Shown here piece after piece: positions 24,831 to 38,330 of a stretch of DNA of 64,000 nt (positions are counted from its first letter, which is position 1; every line of letters starts with the position of its first letter). The translations under genes were made by a program, and so were the position numbers. The stretch is from Dicyema japonicum. Its lineage: Eukaryota > Animalia > Dicyemida. Location of the stretch: NCBI GenBank assembly GCA_011109175.1, contig RDEW01000025.1, positions 31,990 through 95,989 of the forward strand, written 5' to 3'. The notes under the pieces were generated by a model, which was not told the origin of the DNA, did not search any database, and saw only the letters and a list, made by a program, of their open reading frames with translations.

Positions 24831-25989
24831 AAGTTACCAGAATAACTGAGTGTCGACCATTTTGATAACAACCAGATTGAATTCAATAACAAAAATACGA
24901 CACAATACTCAACTATAAATATGTGTCACTTTTGCACTTTCCGCAGGGGCATATATCAGCTATGATTGCGATTAGGCAGAACACACACTTTATAAAGAAC
25001 AATTCTTGTTTTTTTGCATGTAGAGAGAGAACCAAGGAATATGCTCTTCACTTCTTTGTTTTCTTTTTCTTGCATTTATGTCCTTTACAGAGGATCCAGT
25101 TCTGCAATTAAGTAAGTATTCACTTATGACAGGATCACTCGTCAAGCCAAAGCATATTGATGTGTGGAACCTTTAACCGAATTTACAGCATCTGGATTCG
25201 TACTTGCAACTTTAGTGTATTCAGGGTTAATAAAAATAAAGGAACACGAGAAATGAACATTGTCTCTCTACAAGTAAAAATTTTCTGGTTGTGACCTTGG
25301 ATGGAGTTGTCTCGAAATGCGCAAAAACTCACCACCTGAACATTCGACCAATTAATTGCTTATAAGACGCACATAATCTTTAGTTTTTATTCTAATCAGG
25401 ATTAAACCAGGTGATTGAGAGATACTGCATATACGCCAGATACTTGGTGAGAAGGACTACATATAAAAATGCAATTGGAAGAACCAGGATTATCCTCCGT
25501 TGAGGATCATTGTTAGTGATAATGATACCTTTTAGTTCTAGTAGTCCTCTTATATCCCCCGTACACACGTATGGCTCAATAAAACTAGGAAACTTTTTTA
25601 TACATCTTTAATTTACAATCTTTATTCATAGAAAAAAGAGCATTTTCTAAGAATCCTCTTGACGTTAATTTCTTAACGATTTTCTAATTATTTTAGACAA
25701 ATTTAATAAATTTTAAGTTAATCTCAAATCTGTTTAATAAACATTTCATAATTCAAGGTGGCGCCAACAATGCCATTGTTCCTTTTTTAACCTTTTGGCT
25801 CCAGGGAGCTTGAATTGTTAGAGTGCGTCATGTGATTCACTATTTCTGGTGGCGCCAGATATAATCCCAAATTACATCAAAAAAACATAATCAACAACCA
25901 TCCAGAGGAGTTCCCCTTGGACAGGATTACTTCAAGTCCGATTGCTGAGGGAGGCTGAGATCACCTGATTTTTTTATTCTGGCTGTGAT

Positions 25990-26340
25990 GGTGTTTTATG
26001 GTTCAATAAATTTAATATTGCAGAGAGGCCTGCTTGGAAGGTTGAATCATCATAACAATCCATTAAGAAGGGAAACAAGTGTCTGCATCCACATTGAGGA
26101 GATTATTGTTAACCCAAGATACACCGAGAGAAGTAAACAAATAATTAAGTGTATCCAGTTTCCACTGTCACAGAAAGAGTCCTTCAAATGTCCCACAAGT
26201 CTATCCAGTAGCAGCATAAAAAGGTAAAAGACGTCCATTCCTTGCTGTTGTGGAAACCCATCCAGTGGAGTGGGGGAGAGCAAATGATCCTTTTACATGC
26301 CAGCCAGTTCTGAGCGCTACCTGAGACAAGTGAATCACAT
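25990..26340 (-). mobile_element. LINE 3' remnant homologous to 37590-37730
   Basis: It shares ccactggatgggtttccacaacagcaaggaatggac..ttttacc with 37600-37650. Confidence 0.55.
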
Positions 26341-27339
26341 ATAAAGAACAGTTATAAGGACAAGGAATGTTCTTAAAGTAATTTTTGGGTGTGAATCCCT
26401 ATAGACAATCCGGTTAACCATTAAGGTATTCACTGTTGACTAGGTCACTCGTCAAACCAATAAGACCATTGGGCAACAAATCAAACATTCAATTGTCCTA
26501 CAAAATAAAGCAAAATCTACTTCGATGGAGAGGATCCTTGATTTACCCAACTTTAAAGAAAAAAATTCCACATTAAAATCTCTCTCCGATAAATCCATAT
26601 ATATTGGCAAATCGGGTTGATATCAACATATAATTACCGAAAAAATGAAACTACAAACGTTTAGAAAAGACTTACTTTTAAAAAACACGACAAAGACGAG
26701 AATAAAGGTAAATGGCAACCGTCTGGAGTTTTAATATCAGTTTTGTAGTGAAACACACATTGATATGTCTCTTAATAGTATGAAAATATTCGACATTGAA
26801 TGACACAAAGATGGATGAAAGAGTCGGGACATCTAGTCAGTTGCGCTCCAAAAGACTCTAGAGACTAGACATTTGTTAATAAAAATGGAATATCGACGCC
26901 ATACGACGAGAAACTTCAAAAAGAGTAGAAAAATATGTTGGCTTAATTATTACCTTTAATGTCAGAGACCTATAAGTTTTAAGTGAATAAGGATCCATTG
27001 CTGGATTATATCATCTTTGGAAAATAATTGACTGAATAAACAAACAACCACGTGTTAATTGTCAATCTAAAGATTAATATTTCAACAAAAGTGAGCATTT
27101 ATATTTTGTTACAGATTTGAAACAAAAGGTACATGTCAAGTTTTATACATAGCGATAAGTGCTAATAATAATAATTAAAGACACTTCTTTTTGTATTGTA
27201 TTTATTCGAGGGGTCAATAAAAACTTTGATTTTATTGAAGAATTAGGAGATATGCTTCCATTGAAAGAGAGTCACATGTGAGGAAACATTTAATGAACTG
27301 GAAATGTGTATTGAACAAATTGGACTGGATTGGTAAAAA

Positions 27340-27760
27340 TTTGTTCAGTCGCAATAAGGACACGATTTGTGACAGTTGTCAATCCACCTCTTCACACAAT
27401 CAAAACAGCACAGTTTAGTGCAGCAATATCTGAGAAAATGATTGCAATGTTGGCTATTTAGGAATATAGATAAACTCACTTTAAAATATTAACTTACCCA
27501 ATGTGCAGTCGCCAGGTCAACGGTTTCGTATTTGGAGGGATTTTTCTTGATAATTGAATTGAGGTATCCTTCTTTTAGTTCGGTTAAAAAAGGTGCAAAG
27601 CAGAAAAAGGCGTATCCATAAGGAATTTTAAATTTCTAACAAATGTGCTTTTGCTAAAAAATTTTGTTAGATTAATAGTGTAGCTTTCGATTCCATTTAA
27701 TTACAATGGAACGAGAGTTATAGTATGGGAGTCAAGTCTAGTACAAACTTTAAATATCTC
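27340..27760 (-). pseudogene. TRIM37-like MATH and RING remnants
   Basis: GYAFF...LKEGYLN resembles the TRIM37 MATH end (GYNRFF..LANEGYLN). CTKLCCFDCVKRWIDNCHKSCPYC resembles the TRIM37 RING (CSKLCCFSCIRRWL..QCPHC). Confidence 0.35.
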
Positions 27761-28059
27761 TTTGCATAAATGAGCTTTTTTGTTTGTGGTCTGGTGCCTT
27801 TATGTATAAATCATTATGTGCCGTCGTATTTACCCGTTAGTTATTTCATAGGATTTTAAAACATCTTTACTTTATTTAAAGTGTAAACAAAATATTTTAT
27901 TTGAATTAAATATTTTATTTATTAAATTCTAATTTATTGATAACATTTCCACGCTATATTTTATAAATATAAGATCACTAACCCTGCTAAACAGATATAA
28001 GATCACTGACCATGTTAAACAGACAAAATCCTTTCCATATTGACTCAAGAACACAATAT

Positions 28060-28530
28060 TGCCATACCGGTTTCACTAAATTGACCAATCTTATTTCAGA
28101 TAAAATGTTGGAATGAAACGCGATGATATGCTATTGATAATACTGAATTTAAGTGGATTTTACGTTTTCCTGGAGTTTTCTGTCTTTAATAAAAAAGTAA
28201 AAACTTTATTGGAGCATTTATTCATCGGGGTTGGTCCACCGGTATCATTACGGACTAATAACGGAAAAGAGTTCCGTAATTCAATTATGATGATTGGAAT
28301 GTCAAGTTCATTCACGGGAGGCTCAGACATCATAATTCAGAGTGTCAAGTTTAACGTTATAACCAATCGATCGACTGCCGGTTAGTCAAAACACTCTTCG
28401 AAACAAGATCAACTAAGTGGGTCGATGTTTTGGAAAAACCCTTTATAATTATAATGTGTCTAGTCATCGTACGACGGGAAAATCGCCTTTTAAATTATTT
28501 TGCGGTTCTCCTGGTTTCAATGTTGCTGCA
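28060..28530 (+). mobile_element. Ginger/KRAB-A-type rve integrase remnant
   Basis: GPPVSLRTNNGKEFRN, VKFIHGR.RH.NS...V.R.NQ and W..VL...YN.S.H.TTGKSPF are present. Confidence 0.65.
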
Positions 28531-29299
28531 TAACTGCAGTGTCAAATTCTGAAAAATATAATAAAGAGGTTAGCGTATCTGATGCGATTTATACTTTTAT
28601 GTAGAGCCAAATCAGAATATTTGTAACTAAGTGGCATTTCAAATTGAATTTTGGCAAACACGAAATTGAAACAGTAGGGGTTATTTTGCAAAGAGAATCA
28701 GATCCTTGATCAGGTTGAGTGGTAAATACCAAAAAGTATATATTTGTCAGTAAACCACAACAACGATAACTAGGTCTATATTTTGACTTAACCACACTCT
28801 ACAATAAATGCATGTAAAAACTCGAAAATAGCTACTGTCAAGTTTCTTTTTAATCAATAATTCATTTAGTAATAAAAAATTAATTCTAAGAAATTAAAAG
28901 TTAGGGAACTTGATTGGTCATGCTGTTTCCTGTGACGACAGCTATCGATATACACTCTCATTAGATCCAATCTCACATGGATCCTTGGTGACCCTTAAGA
29001 TCGTTGAGCCAAGGAAAATCACAACTTATGGAAGTAAAATCATATTAGACTGAGCATTCGTGTCCTTGTTGATCCTAGAGTCGGTAGATGAAATGAAGAA
29101 ATCAGATATTTTTACAGTGGCAGCTTTGAAATAGTAATAAAAAATAATTAGTTTGAAATATTTGAGGAAAGATTCAATAAAAAGCTGTTGTTAGAAAATT
29201 CGCCAAGATATTTTCTAAGAAACAAACTTAGATGGAACTGAAGTAAATCCGAGAGCTGACTAGGTTCATATATGTGAACCAAAAATATATATCATCATT

Positions 29300-29990
29300 G
29301 AAACATTGTAGAAAAAATCACTATGTCCATGCATACAACAATTGGTTGGTCAATGTATATGTGTGTTATTGCTCACCCAACATCTAAGAGGAAAAGTAGA
29401 TTTGTAAAATTTAAAATAAACGTGTTAAAAGAATGGCTTTTGAAATTGGCGAAAGTCACTTACAAAAAGAAAAGTATAACCGAGGCCTTATATAACGCGT
29501 TCATACAACCAGTCCTATTATATAACTCGGGAACAGGGGTAACATCAAAAACGGACCTTGACACACTAGACACATTTCATAGAAATCAATTGAGAAAAAT
29601 TGCGGGAATCAAATGGCCAAAGATTATCAAAACGACAATCTCTACAAATTATGTAAATGCAAACCGATAAGCAGAGAAGTAATTATCTCACACTGGCGAC
29701 TTTTCGGACTTGTTCTGAGAATGGACTAAGTGATTCCTTGTAATCAAATCATCGAAGATTACTATTCAAATCACGGAATTGGATTTCGTGGTCGGCCAAG
29801 ATGCACGCTTCTCATCTGCCTGAATAACGATTATGCACGAATTGGCGGTCAACTCAAAACTGGAGACGATCTTGAGGATATTTGTAAACGCGCAAGGAAC
29901 TGAGCTAGATGGAGAGGGCTGACTGGGAGGATAGTAGAGTGTACGGCACAAGCGAAACCCTAGGCATTTTACATGCTTATGGCAACGCGG
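29300..29990 (+). mobile_element. RTE LINE 3' portion
   Basis: LYNAFIQPVLLYNSGT..LDTFHRNQLRKIAGIKWP is homologous to 61171-61788. Confidence 0.8.
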
Positions 29991-30339
29991 GAGTAACTAA
30001 CCGAGGCCAGATGTTAAGTTGTTTTTTGTAATTACATAAAAGTCAATGAAAATATTTCAGAATATAGAAAGTTGGTTTATCTCCATAAAAGTGAGGAAAT
30101 AACCAAAGATTCAATGATATGTAAAGTCCATCATCTGAAATGAGTCATCACTGTTCGCCATCCACTGCAGAGATAACACCTGTAAGCTAGTTGCAAGCCA
30201 GATTTTTTATCTGAAAAAATTTGAAATAAAGTTTGCAATTTCTTCATAATTAAACACAGCATTTTTAGCTGATTAATCGAAACTTTACAAAATTTTTTGT
30301 TTTATCGGTAGAGAGGGTTGATGACTATATTGTAGACTA

Positions 30340-30700
30340 ACCAGATTTAGAGGATGTCCCTCGGAAGAAAGTATTCTGATTAGTCGATTGGAGAAAGAAG
30401 CTGGTTTCAAACGACCCGATCATTGAAGCTGAGAGGTATTAAGGATAGCATTCGAGACATGCCACGGGTGGTCATAATAATTTTTTATTTTGTTGGGGAT
30501 TTGCACATAGCCTGACAGATATTCTGGAATGTAGGCTTGGGAGAGGAACTTCAGTAATGCGGTGAATTTTTGATTCACAGTGAAGTTGATCAATAAAGGT
30601 TGATATGGGTGGGGAAAAGAACAGTCCAATTAATGTATTCACTAATTTAGCATAATTACGTTTCATATTTTTATAATTTATTCTAAAAAAATAAATTATC
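30340..30700 (-). mobile_element. Jockey/I-type LINE remnant (family of 56680-58145)
   Basis: It shares gatgtccctcggaag...ctgattagtcgattggag with about 56855-56905 and about 59625-59680. Confidence 0.6.
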
Positions 30701-31069
30701 CCAATTAATCTCACAGTTGTCAGATGTACATGATTAAATTATTATTTTAACGAACCTCAAATCATAATGGTCATAAAGATGATAATTATTAGGGCTTAAA
30801 TTGTACTATTAGGACAAAAAATAGGACATTGTGCTATTTCAAAAATAAACTTGTCCTAAAATAAGAATAATTATTAACATTAGTGAAAAATAATATTAAA
30901 TGTAATTGTGTCGTGACAATTTGTAATCCAGAGAAAAATCGATTTGTATTTTAGTCATCTCAAAACGTGTCACAAAGAAGAACCAAGAATCTTCAGAGTC
31001 TGTTAAGCAGGGGTTCTAAATAAGTTAATAAGGGAATTCACCATATCATCAGTGACGCGATCTGACTTG

Positions 31070-31200
31070 GCAAGATTTGCTGAAACATACGACTTTATTT
31101 CTGACAATCAGCTTGGAGCGAAAAGATGTTTAAGGTTATTAAGGAACAGACTCAAATCAGTCTATGTATTCATCGGGAATATAGAGTTTGAATTAATGTG
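31070..31200 (+). mobile_element. R4/Dong-type RT remnant
   Basis: ETYDFISDNQLGAKR...KEQ resembles the NQLG..R.C.G.KEQ motif. Confidence 0.35.
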
Positions 31201-33489
31201 ACAAAACATTCAAATAGATTTGCCACAATTTTTATTTAAAATTTTTGAATGTTGTTGACTTGCTCGTTAGATTATTGATTTCATCAGAAGTCTGGTACTA
31301 AGTGGTAATTCAAATTGAATTTTAGCAAACACGAAATTGGAACAGTAAAAATATCAAGGAGTATTTTGAAAGGAGAATCATTTAATTAGTTAGAGGAGAA
31401 TTCATCATCGAACCATTTTGAAAAAAAAATTAAAATTTATTCCATCTGAATAAATTTTCTTTGGCTTTGTTTACTTTGAGTGATTTTTGGAGTTCCATAA
31501 TGTTTATGATCATTCCAAGCCGCATTTATACTTATCATTAGGAGAGACTTAAAATGTAATGCTTCATATAATATATTAAAATTAATGACTGACTCCTTCT
31601 TTTCAAAAGTTAGTTTTTTATGTTTTTTATATGTTTTTAAGTGAATATTTTGTGTAGAACAGATCAGTTAATATTTCTACTGTAGTTTGTTTCAAATCCA
31701 AGAATTTAGTTTGTTTATTGATTTTTTTATTTGTTATTATGAATAATGTTTTACGTTGATTATGGATCTCTGAGTTTAACAGAATATAATGTATACGTGA
31801 ATAGTATTATTAATTCATTCTACGTTCACTACCTTATATAGTAAACATTCGTAACATTATATAATAATCTATTATGTAATAATTATCGAATATGCCTGAT
31901 ATTCTGACCCAAAGTCAGACGAAATTCTAACCATAAGATAGTACATTCGATACTCCTCGCTCATAAACATTGTATATCCGATGTTTCTTGACTGTCATTC
32001 TTTCTATCCACACGAGATGCAATGAAAAAGAGCTTTATCATTACCGTAATATAACAATTCATTATTTAGGAGATATTTAAATTAATGGTAATCATAAGAT
32101 GGAAATTTAATTATTAAACACACTTTTGCTAATTTTTAGGAAGCTCATGACTGTCAAAAACGCGTCACTATGCCAAAACGCTCACAGAGCTCAACCACTT
32201 TCTAATCGAGCCCAAAATGGAAATAAAAATAAGAATAAAAACACAAACAGTAATTATCTTTTTTCTAAATTTTTAAATTAAAAGATTAATAAAATTAAAC
32301 ACAGTCTGACGGAAATATATGAAAAATCTAAAAATGCTACAATTTGCTAATAATGTCGTAATTTTATTATATAACTTTCTTATAATTTTTACGAAAAAGT
32401 CGTTTTAGTTAATTTTATAACTGTCTAAGCTTTCATTTTTAAGACTACGTATAAATAGATTTCGAATGGATTTTGATCTTCTTTACTTGCAATGATATAG
32501 GGATGTCATATTGGTTAATATTAACCTTTTTCATGAATATTTTCAGATTTCAAACTTCAGTATTTAATTTGGCTATCAATAAACATGTTAGTCTCGAAAA
32601 ATCAAAATATCCGTAAATACTGAAGTTATTCGAATTAACATATTTAAGACAAAGACAATTAATCAGCCAAGATATTGCTTTAAACTTTCAAAAACGAGCC
32701 TTAAAAATTTGCCTATTTCTGCAATGCAGATCCCTGAGTTGAAGAACAGACATTGGTGACTTTGGAAAGTTTGCATTAGAAATTTTCAGGTCTAGTTGCG
32801 TAGAAGATCGAAGAGAAGTGAATTATGTTATCGTTTACTGAAAATTGAGAATGATTCTGATTTATACTCGAGTTCTGTGGGAAAATGGAATTCCCCCAAT
32901 CAGTTACTTTTGTAGTTACCATAATACCATAATTTATAGAGATGGGTTTTAAGTTAATCTCCTTAAAAGTTAATGTGAATGATTTGGTTAATCTTAAAAT
33001 ATATGGATTATCTCTTTGTAGGCTCAACATGATCAGTCCACTTTAGGAGATTTCAAAACAACCAGAGAAATCGAAACATGAATATTTGTAAGGCTTGTTT
33101 TTAATAAACCACATATCCTAGTGGTAAGATATACCTGTAACACTGTTCCTGAGTTTTAATTCCCTTTGTTGAGTACTTGGTCGATTTCTCTTCCTTTCCT
33201 CTCTTCCTTTACCAATGAGATCGCAGGTCGATGAGATTGTTAAACGTGTGGATCGAGAGAGGAACATCGGGAAAAGATGAAGACTTTATTCGAAATTCTT
33301 ATCGGGATCACGTGTTAATTAGTGTCGATTTTTGACTGTGGTTTTGGGGTGTTTAATTAAATAAGAAACAAAGATTGATCCCCCAAGCCGATTATTAACA
33401 ATTATGATGATATACAAACTACCTAAGATACGGCAGTAGATGAATCACTTCAAAAACGCAAAACAAGTCATTTTCGGTTTTGACAGAAC

Positions 33490-33770
33490 AGTTTATTAGG
33501 GACGTCACCATGCACCGACACGTTTGCCTCTTGCAACCTACTCCAGAGTTCCTCTGGAGCCTGTTCTGCCGCTAAGAGAACAGAGAAATTAAAAAATGAC
33601 AAAGTACACGGTAGTACCCAATAATTTTTTTGTTTGTCCCACTCGTCATTGAGACGTCTGGTTCCCTTGCGCTTGCGACGCTGTAATTCTTGAGTTGTCT
33701 AGGGAATCGGATCGCTACACGATCAGGAGACCCTCATGAGCGCTGCTGGTTTTGAGCGATTTTTTGACAA
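33490..33770 (+). mobile_element. CRE-clade 3' fragment
   Basis: DVT.CTDTFASCNL..SSGA..A, PLVIETSG and DPHERCW are present. Confidence 0.7.
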
Positions 33771-33984
33771 TCTCTTTCCTTCCAAATGATAATTTTCTAT
33801 TTGTTTATTTTGCTATAATTTTTTAGTCTTGCTCTACTGTAAAAAATGATAACTTTTTTCTATTATGGTGGTTGGCTTTTGAAAAAATCTTGTCCTTAAA
33901 AATGATGCGTTTTTTAAAAATAACTCAGATTTTTTTTCAACCTTTAAAGAAATTTTATTATAAAATGAATAAAAATTAAATTAA

Positions 33985-34420
33985 GGCATCTGAATGGCCA
34001 TGCTATTTCCCCTAACAATAGCCAACGAGATACGTTCTCGGAACCAACCAGTCTCTCGCGGATCCTTGGTCACAGCTTGAATCATGGAGCCGATCTTACG
34101 AACCAACTCATCTGCTTAATGGCCAAGGATTCCTGACGTTTCCACCGCGAAATGGAACAAAAAATACTCCTCCGAAATTCTCTGGTACTTCCTCCTTGAA
34201 GCATGTCCTGGTCTGAAGCAGAAGCAACCAAATTAGACGGGGAATAAGTATCAACACACGTCGCGTCCCAGATCAGGTTTCGTCTGTTGGCGAATGGAAA
34301 AGTCGTCATCCCATCAGGGCGTTTTCCATCGTTTCGGGAAAGACCAGCAGGTTCTAACAGGCAATGGTGTCCAGCAGAGGCAAGGAATTCTTTAATGTCA
34401 TGTTAAGACAGGAGTGCCTG
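33985..34420 (-). mobile_element. CRE-clade 3' fragment
   Basis: GKRPDGMTTFPFANRRNLIWDATCVDTYSPSN is followed by ERISLAIVRGNSMAI. Confidence 0.8.
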
Positions 34421-35149
34421 GGGAAACGACCCGCACTCATTTTGCAAGACAAGGGACTCCAGATATACCTGAAATAAGTTTTATTCAGTTCCCCCGGTCG
34501 TAGTGGGACGTATCTTTCCAAGTATGTGTAAATTTGGATGCATTTGATAAAAAAGTAAAATTTTACTTTCAACTTGACTTGAATAAATAGGAAAATTTTT
34601 TCTACACATCACAGCGGATAAAATCTACCACGTGAAGATGACCGAACTGATAAAACAGGAAATTTAAAAGCATGTGATTTGAGGGGAAACAAAATACTCC
34701 ATGAATTAGTATTTTTGTCTTATAAATGGAGCGATTCGAAAGTTACATTTTTGTTCCAACAAATTATAACGCTGTAAATTGGTGACACCAAATACAAAAC
34801 ACCTGTCTGTATATGAGCCTTCACGGATATAATGGGATTAAACTCCATCATGTTGGTTCGAATTTGTATTCCTCTTCAAAATTAGTGTTTTCATTGTTTC
34901 TTGTGTGACCTTTTATCATTTCGATTATAATGTAATGAAATTCCTCACATTCATTATTACACAATCTGAAGGATTATCCAAAAAAATATTCAAAAAAGAT
35001 ATACAAGCCTTAAGACATGAAAGTTATACGTTAACCGTGATAAGTAACTCTTCATCGTCAATGAAATTATTCTACCTAGCCTACATTATGGGTGCGATGG
35101 ATGCTTCTCTCCTAAGAGAAAGATCTGATCTTTAAACAAGAAACTGAGA

Positions 35150-35600
35150 GACTGTCTAAGCGAAGACGAAGACAAGCTGATAGTACCAATTATCAAGATT
35201 GTAGAGATTGGATCAACGATTTCAGGAGGAGATCATAGATCCAGGACACCTACATAAAACTGGGAGAAACGTTTTGAGAAAATTAAAAAAGGAGAAGGAT
35301 CCAGGTGTGGAGTCCAAGTCTTAAGATAGGACCGAATACTCTGAGCTCGATATGGAGAGCGTTCGAGATCCTTATCACCGAGTTTCGACGTCCCCTGGTC
35401 GGTCTGAGATCACCTAGTTTGATGAGATGTTCTTCCTATATAACCCAGTGGTCCGACGGCAGTAATAATGAAGACCAGAAGTTCTGAATTGCTAATCTCA
35501 GTAGATCTGCGATATGGTATCTTGTTTTCTTTGAGCGTCGTAGACACATTTCGTAGACACTAAATCGTGTAAACTCTTATTATAGGTTTGACCTTTGTGT
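35150..35600 (+). mobile_element. Ty3/gypsy integrase-like remnant
   Basis: There is only weak resemblance (PGHLHKTG, WSPSLK) to the integrase zinc finger and core. Confidence 0.25.
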
Positions 35601-35657
35601 TCCTTGGATGTAAGTGAGAGATTCATCGTACGTGTCTTGGGTTATGGATTTATTTTC

Positions 35658-35950
35658 AATAATAATAATAACACCAGATACTACGGTACACAAACTAACT
35701 AATCACATGATCCCTGCACGCTCTAGCAGGGACCTCATCTTGGCCCGATGCTCCTTCCTCGACCCCACACAAGCACGTATCGGTCGATTGACTGGATCTT
35801 CGCAGTCCATGGTTCATTCGTATCATGGCTTCAAGAGGCAGTGGTGGCTGGAACTCTCCAGAAATTTAGCGATCCGTGATTTTGGAGGCTCTTCTTTGGC
35901 TAGCCTTGATCTTCAAGACATTTGTCCAAGAGATGAATGTGTCCCAGATA
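35658..35950 (-). repeat. About 290-bp dispersed retro-element copy 2
   Basis: Its reverse complement aligns with 22343-22640. The tail appears as aataataataataac on the plus strand. Confidence 0.85.
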
Positions 35951-36107
35951 TTACATTTATTTACTACACTATCAACCTAGTTTTTTTAATAAATATTATT
36001 TATAAAAACAAATATTTTATTTAGTAAAATTTCAATTCAATATTATTATTGTTTGCTGTTATAAGTATTAACCTAACGATTATTAGGTTCTTATTCAATA
36101 CATGCTT

Positions 36108-36844
36108 ACAAACGATTACTACCGAACGGGGCACCCCAGGGGTCTCCACTTTCACCAATTCTATTCAACTTATTCCTACACGACCTACCTAATGATGGAG
36201 ACGAAGATTCCCTGCTATTATCCTACGCAGACGATGTAGTCATTGCAATACGGAACCGCTCGACTCAAGTCGCATCCTTTAAGACTCAGGCTAATTGAAC
36301 ACTCTCTACGATTGGATTGTTGTCAATCGACTTACAATTTCTGCAACCAAGTCCAGTCCGGAGGACCCCAAGGAACATGGACTTTTCTGTTTCTACCCTC
36401 TACCAACAAACAATCGCGCCAGCCGTTGAGTATGTCTCCGTTGCATGGAGATTCGCGCTATCGGAGACTATGGTCCACAGAGTCAACTTAATACACCAGA
36501 AAACACTCAGTATGCCTTTCCCACGTAATGGATCAACAGTCGACCACTACTCATGGAAGCTAAGATCCGTAGTCGTGGCTCCGGATTTCTTCGCGTCTGT
36601 GAGGAAGATGGAAACCCGTTTCGCCTGATCCATTCCATGGCAAGAGAAAAATGATTGGATAAGAAATTCCCCTCCCCGATCGGATTCCTCTGCAAGACCG
36701 AGAGAAGGCTCTTCCGGAAAGTAGTGGGGACAATGTAAGATCACAGACGTCGAATGGCACAATTGATTGCGAAGGACTGGTTACTTAACTGTTTGACTCT
36801 TTTGTCTTTCTTTCTCGGTGTTCCTGGGGTTATTAAAATAAATA
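36108..36844 (+). mobile_element. 5'-truncated jockey-like LINE with 11-bp target-site duplication
   Basis: RT motifs GAPQGSPLSPILFN and YADD are present with a (TAAA)n tail. AATACATGCTT flanks it at 36097-36107 and 36845-36855. Confidence 0.85.
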
Positions 36845-37249
36845 AATACATGCTTCACGAAATAAGGCTCTAAATGAATTAATGAAATTTTTTTTGAATA
36901 TTAGATCTAAAAATAAAAAAATGAACAATGCCGAATTTGTAAAAATTATGTTCTTCTTCAATACATGCTTCACGAAATAAGGCTCGGAAACGGCAGTATA
37001 ATAGTCAGTTTAAGTATATTTTTTCTAATGGTTATTTATCCTTTGCCGTTTCAATGTAAAACGCCAATCCCGACTAATAAATTGTTTTGGAATTTAATTA
37101 TGGAGAATTTCAAATATTTGATATTTCGAGATAGTGCAGTGTCATAAATGTCGGACCGAATTCAGATGATCACGTTTTTTCAATTTTATTATGAAATGGT
37201 ATCTATTTTGATCTGCAAGAATTAGAACGCAATAGAAGTTACTTCTCAT

Positions 37250-37730
37250 AATCGCAAACCCAATGTTCTGGAAAATCCATCGTGTCATTCTAGGCTCCCT
37301 TCCGCAATCCTGTAAACCGCTCGATTAACCTGATAAACTCAGACGTGCTCGTTCCACAAATGGCAGACGTTCAACGGAGATCTGCTGGAATGCGAACCAA
37401 TCCCCAATGCCGCACTACTTCCTCCTTTATATAGAACCCCTGCGCAAGATTCGCGTTAGAGAAAGTGTTCGTGCGTGTTAAATCCTAAGCAAGATACCAC
37501 CCTTGGCTCCACGGCATGGTAGTGGCTTTATGTGATCCGCCTGCCTAAGGTGGCGCTTAGTGCGAGGATAGTACGAAAAAGAATCATTGCTCTTCCTCAC
37601 TCTACTGGAGGGTTTCCACAACTGCAAAGAATGGACTTCTTTTACCTTTATGCTGGTTCCGGATGGACTTGTGTGACGTTGGAAGGACTCTGTTTCTGTA
37701 ACAGTGACTCTATTTCTAATACACTTAAAT
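37250..37730 (+). mobile_element. I-group LINE 3' remnant
   Basis: It is GC-richer, has a decayed EKVFVR..HG motif, and is homologous to 25990-26340. Confidence 0.45.
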
Positions 37731-38059
37731 AGCTGTTTACTTTTACTTTATTGTGCTGCGTGCAACATAACAAAGAGATTCCTTGTTTGGGGGTGTCGAC
37801 GATACAGGCATCCATTAGAGGACTAAAATAATAGAATGGTTAGCTTTAAAGTAAAAATATCTGTGGACGAAAGTTCTTACGTCACCATATTATGAGGCAA
37901 TCTTATGCAACGAAGTCATAAGTCGATAGGAACACTGCAATTAATGGAACTTTTAGATCTTGGCACAGCTGAACCCTATTTATTTGTGATCTCATGTGCT
38001 CAATAATTCTTAAAGAACCGAAGGTGTTTGAAAATGATGAAAGCAATTTCTTCCACCAA

Positions 38060-38330
38060 AAGTATCATCAAGGACTGGGCGGGAAGTACATTGGCTTTTG
38101 ATAGATTAAACGTGGCACGTGTCGCTGTTTTCAGGTTGAGGCTCCTGACAGGTATATTTCGTTTATAAGCATAAAGTCGGAGATTATACGAGGAATTGTT
38201 CTACGATTTGCATTGTCGAGGGAATAGTGCCCGTATTTTAGTAGATTGTGCATAACCAAGAAGTTTTTACTCTCACTTTTCCTAAGTTCATCAAGGTCGT
38301 CTTCCATTTTCATCTGTCACCAATTTTGGC
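38060..38330 (-). mobile_element. RTE LINE remnant
   Basis: KMEDDLDELR matches KTGDNLDELR in the 61171-61788 ORF. Confidence 0.45.

Noticed and set aside
25085-25160. Apparent 21-nt intron (gtaagt...gacag, 25112-25132) and a similar 18-nt one at 26426-26443
   Set aside because: The two segments are homologous, and their unspliced translations (SLVKP..W / RSLVKPI..NI..Q..LR) fit a LINE RT tail better than a spliced gene.
25750-25865. Repeated GGTGGCGCCA motif
   Set aside because: There are only two 10-bp occurrences, with no supporting terminal structure or ORF.
32450-33160. Minus-strand coding-like text (ORF 32776-33030 and downstream), possibly LRR-like
   Set aside because: I found no convincing repeat periodicity and no well-supported intron, so it is left unassigned.
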